Source: an uncultured Prevotella sp.
Lineage (GTDB): Bacteria; Bacillota_I; Bacilli_A; RFN20; CAG-288
NCBI GenBank assembly: GCA_963639175.1
Contig: CAVHUN010000038.1
Coordinates: 1-46,733, forward strand
Reading direction: 5' to 3'
Length of the DNA: 46,733 nucleotides
Position numbers and translations under genes: made by a program. The notes beneath the pieces were generated by a model. That model made no database searches. It was not told the origin of the DNA and worked only from the letters and a program-made list of their open reading frames with translations. Positions 45,710 through 46,733 of this stretch are shown here, one piece after another (position 1 is the stretch's first letter; the number at the start of each line of letters is the position of its first letter).

Positions 45710-46627
45710 ATGTTAAAAATAGTTGTCCCTATTGGATTTTGCTTTGGAGTAAATAATTCAATTAATCAAGTTAAAGATTATTCTTTATCTTCTAAAGATA
45801 AAGAAATTGTTTTTCTTAGACAAATTGTCCATGATAACAATACGTTTAATAAGATTCTAACTGAAGTTAATGGAACTAAATTTGATAAAGACAATAACTA
45901 TAATTACTCTAATAGTGTATTTGTTTCTTCAGCTCATGGAGTAATAAAGCAAGAACAAGAATATATAAATTCAAAAAACGGTATATTTTTAGATACAACT
46001 TGTCCTATTTTATTAAATACAAAAAAAAGAATAAGAAATTATCTTGTCCAAAACAAAAAAGTTATATTTATTGGAAAAAAAGACCACGATGAAACAATTT
46101 CATTTTTATCAGAATTCTCTTCTTTAATTTTTATTGATATAAATCAAATTGATACATATCCATATAAAGATTTAAAAGATAAATATTACATAGTCTTTCA
46201 ATCAACAATATCTTTGAAGTTATACAAATCATTTTTAAAAAAATTAGAAGAAAACAATATAGATACTTATCAAATAGATTCAATATGTAGACAATGTCTA
46301 CTTAGATGGAATAAAGCCTCACATTTAATATTAGAAAAAAACGATTGTTTTATAGTTTTAGGAAGTTTGCTTTCATCAAATGGAAAAGAATTTTATAACC
46401 TTTTAAAATCTTCTTATCCAAATAATGAAGTCTTATTTATTCAAGATATAAATTCATTAAATGAAAAAATAGATGCGTTAAGAAAATGTAATGACATCTA
46501 TTTATGTTCAGCAACTTCTTTTTCAAATGAAGATGTAGATTTAATAGTTTCTAAACTAAAAAAAGAACTTAATATTGAATCTATAATTTTAGAACAAAAG
46601 CGAAACAAGTCCGCTTTAAAGAAGTAA
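45710..46627 (+). CDS. ispH: 4-hydroxy-3-methylbut-2-enyl diphosphate reductase
   Basis: ATG 45710 is preferred to TTG 45707. Cys ligand contexts GFCFGV, DTTCPIL and DSICRQC; SAHGV and HDET blocks. Confidence 0.85.
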   Translation: MLKIVVPIGFCFGVNNSINQVKDYSLSSKDKEIVFLRQIVHDNNTFNKILTEVNGTKFDKDNNYNYSNSVFVSSAHGVIKQEQEYINSKNGIFLDTTCPILLNTKKRIRNYLVQNKKVIFIGKKDHDETISFLSEFSSLIFIDINQIDTYPYKDLKDKYYIVFQSTISLKLYKSFLKKLEENNIDTYQIDSICRQCLLRWNKASHLILEKNDCFIVLGSLLSSNGKEFYNLLKSSYPNNEVLFIQDINSLNEKIDALRKCNDIYLCSATSFSNEDVDLIVSKLKKELNIESIILEQKRNKSALKK

Positions 46628-46665
46628 TAACACTTCTTTATCTTCAAAAGATAATATATGTCATA
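46593..46665. repeat. Right copy of the inverted repeat (three hairpins), overlapping the last 11 codons and stop of ispH
   Basis: See feature 1-72. The hairpins are aaagcg...cgcttt, aaagaagt...acttcttt and ttatcttc/aaagataa. Confidence 0.85.
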
Positions 46666-46733
46666 AATATACATATATTCTTCTAGGTGATGTTAGACCT
46701 CTACTCATTTGAAAGTTATATCTTTTGTTTGAG

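Overview
Strongly AT-rich, gene-dense chromosomal window with 42 supportable CDS and no rRNA, tRNA, CRISPR, transposase or phage genes. The genetic code is standard: xerD ends in TGA at 21754-21756, Trp is TGG, and all conserved genes are full length. Gene order is Bacillus-like: nusB-xseA-xseB-dxs-recN, xerD-deoB, yqeG-yqeH-(nadD-like)yqeK-rsfS, plsY next to parE-parC, yneF, rpmG-efp and apt-relA-hisS-aspS. The clusters are compacted and no T-box leaders are present. This points to a reduced low-GC Bacillota or Mycoplasmatota-type (Acholeplasma/RF39/Erysipelotrichia-like) genome, but that taxonomic call is inference only. Three MEP-pathway genes (dxs, ispG, ispH) are scattered through the window. 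Only about 1-5.7 kb looks accessory: a Sel1-repeat protein, an acidic orphan, a PP2C-like phosphatase paired with a helical/3-TM membrane protein, and two paralogous secreted proteins. A second accessory insertion is the COG1373-type ATPase at 34.7-35.9 kb. Four signals are not explained by the gene calls. (1) A family of arrays of four exactly 11-nt-phased TAGT(A) units occurs at five intergenic or gene-end loci; two of them sit in identical register (6 nt) upstream of near-consensus promoters for tex and rpmG-efp. (2) A 72-bp inverted repeat made of three hairpins forms both ends of the window, and the right copy supplies the last 11 codons of ispH. (3) The 25.0-25.3 kb intergenic region is where two long co-oriented gene blocks converge. 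It holds one TAGT array fused to a perfect DnaA box, a second 8/9 box, and a weak Xer/dif-like 11-6-11 site. (4) There are several gene-level oddities: a degenerate NadD-like domain fused to YqeK, a non-canonical EF-P loop, an ABC importer without an ATPase, and an unlisted rpmG. I cannot show that any of these is a new biological system. The TAGT arrays and the PP2C/membrane pair are the best candidates.
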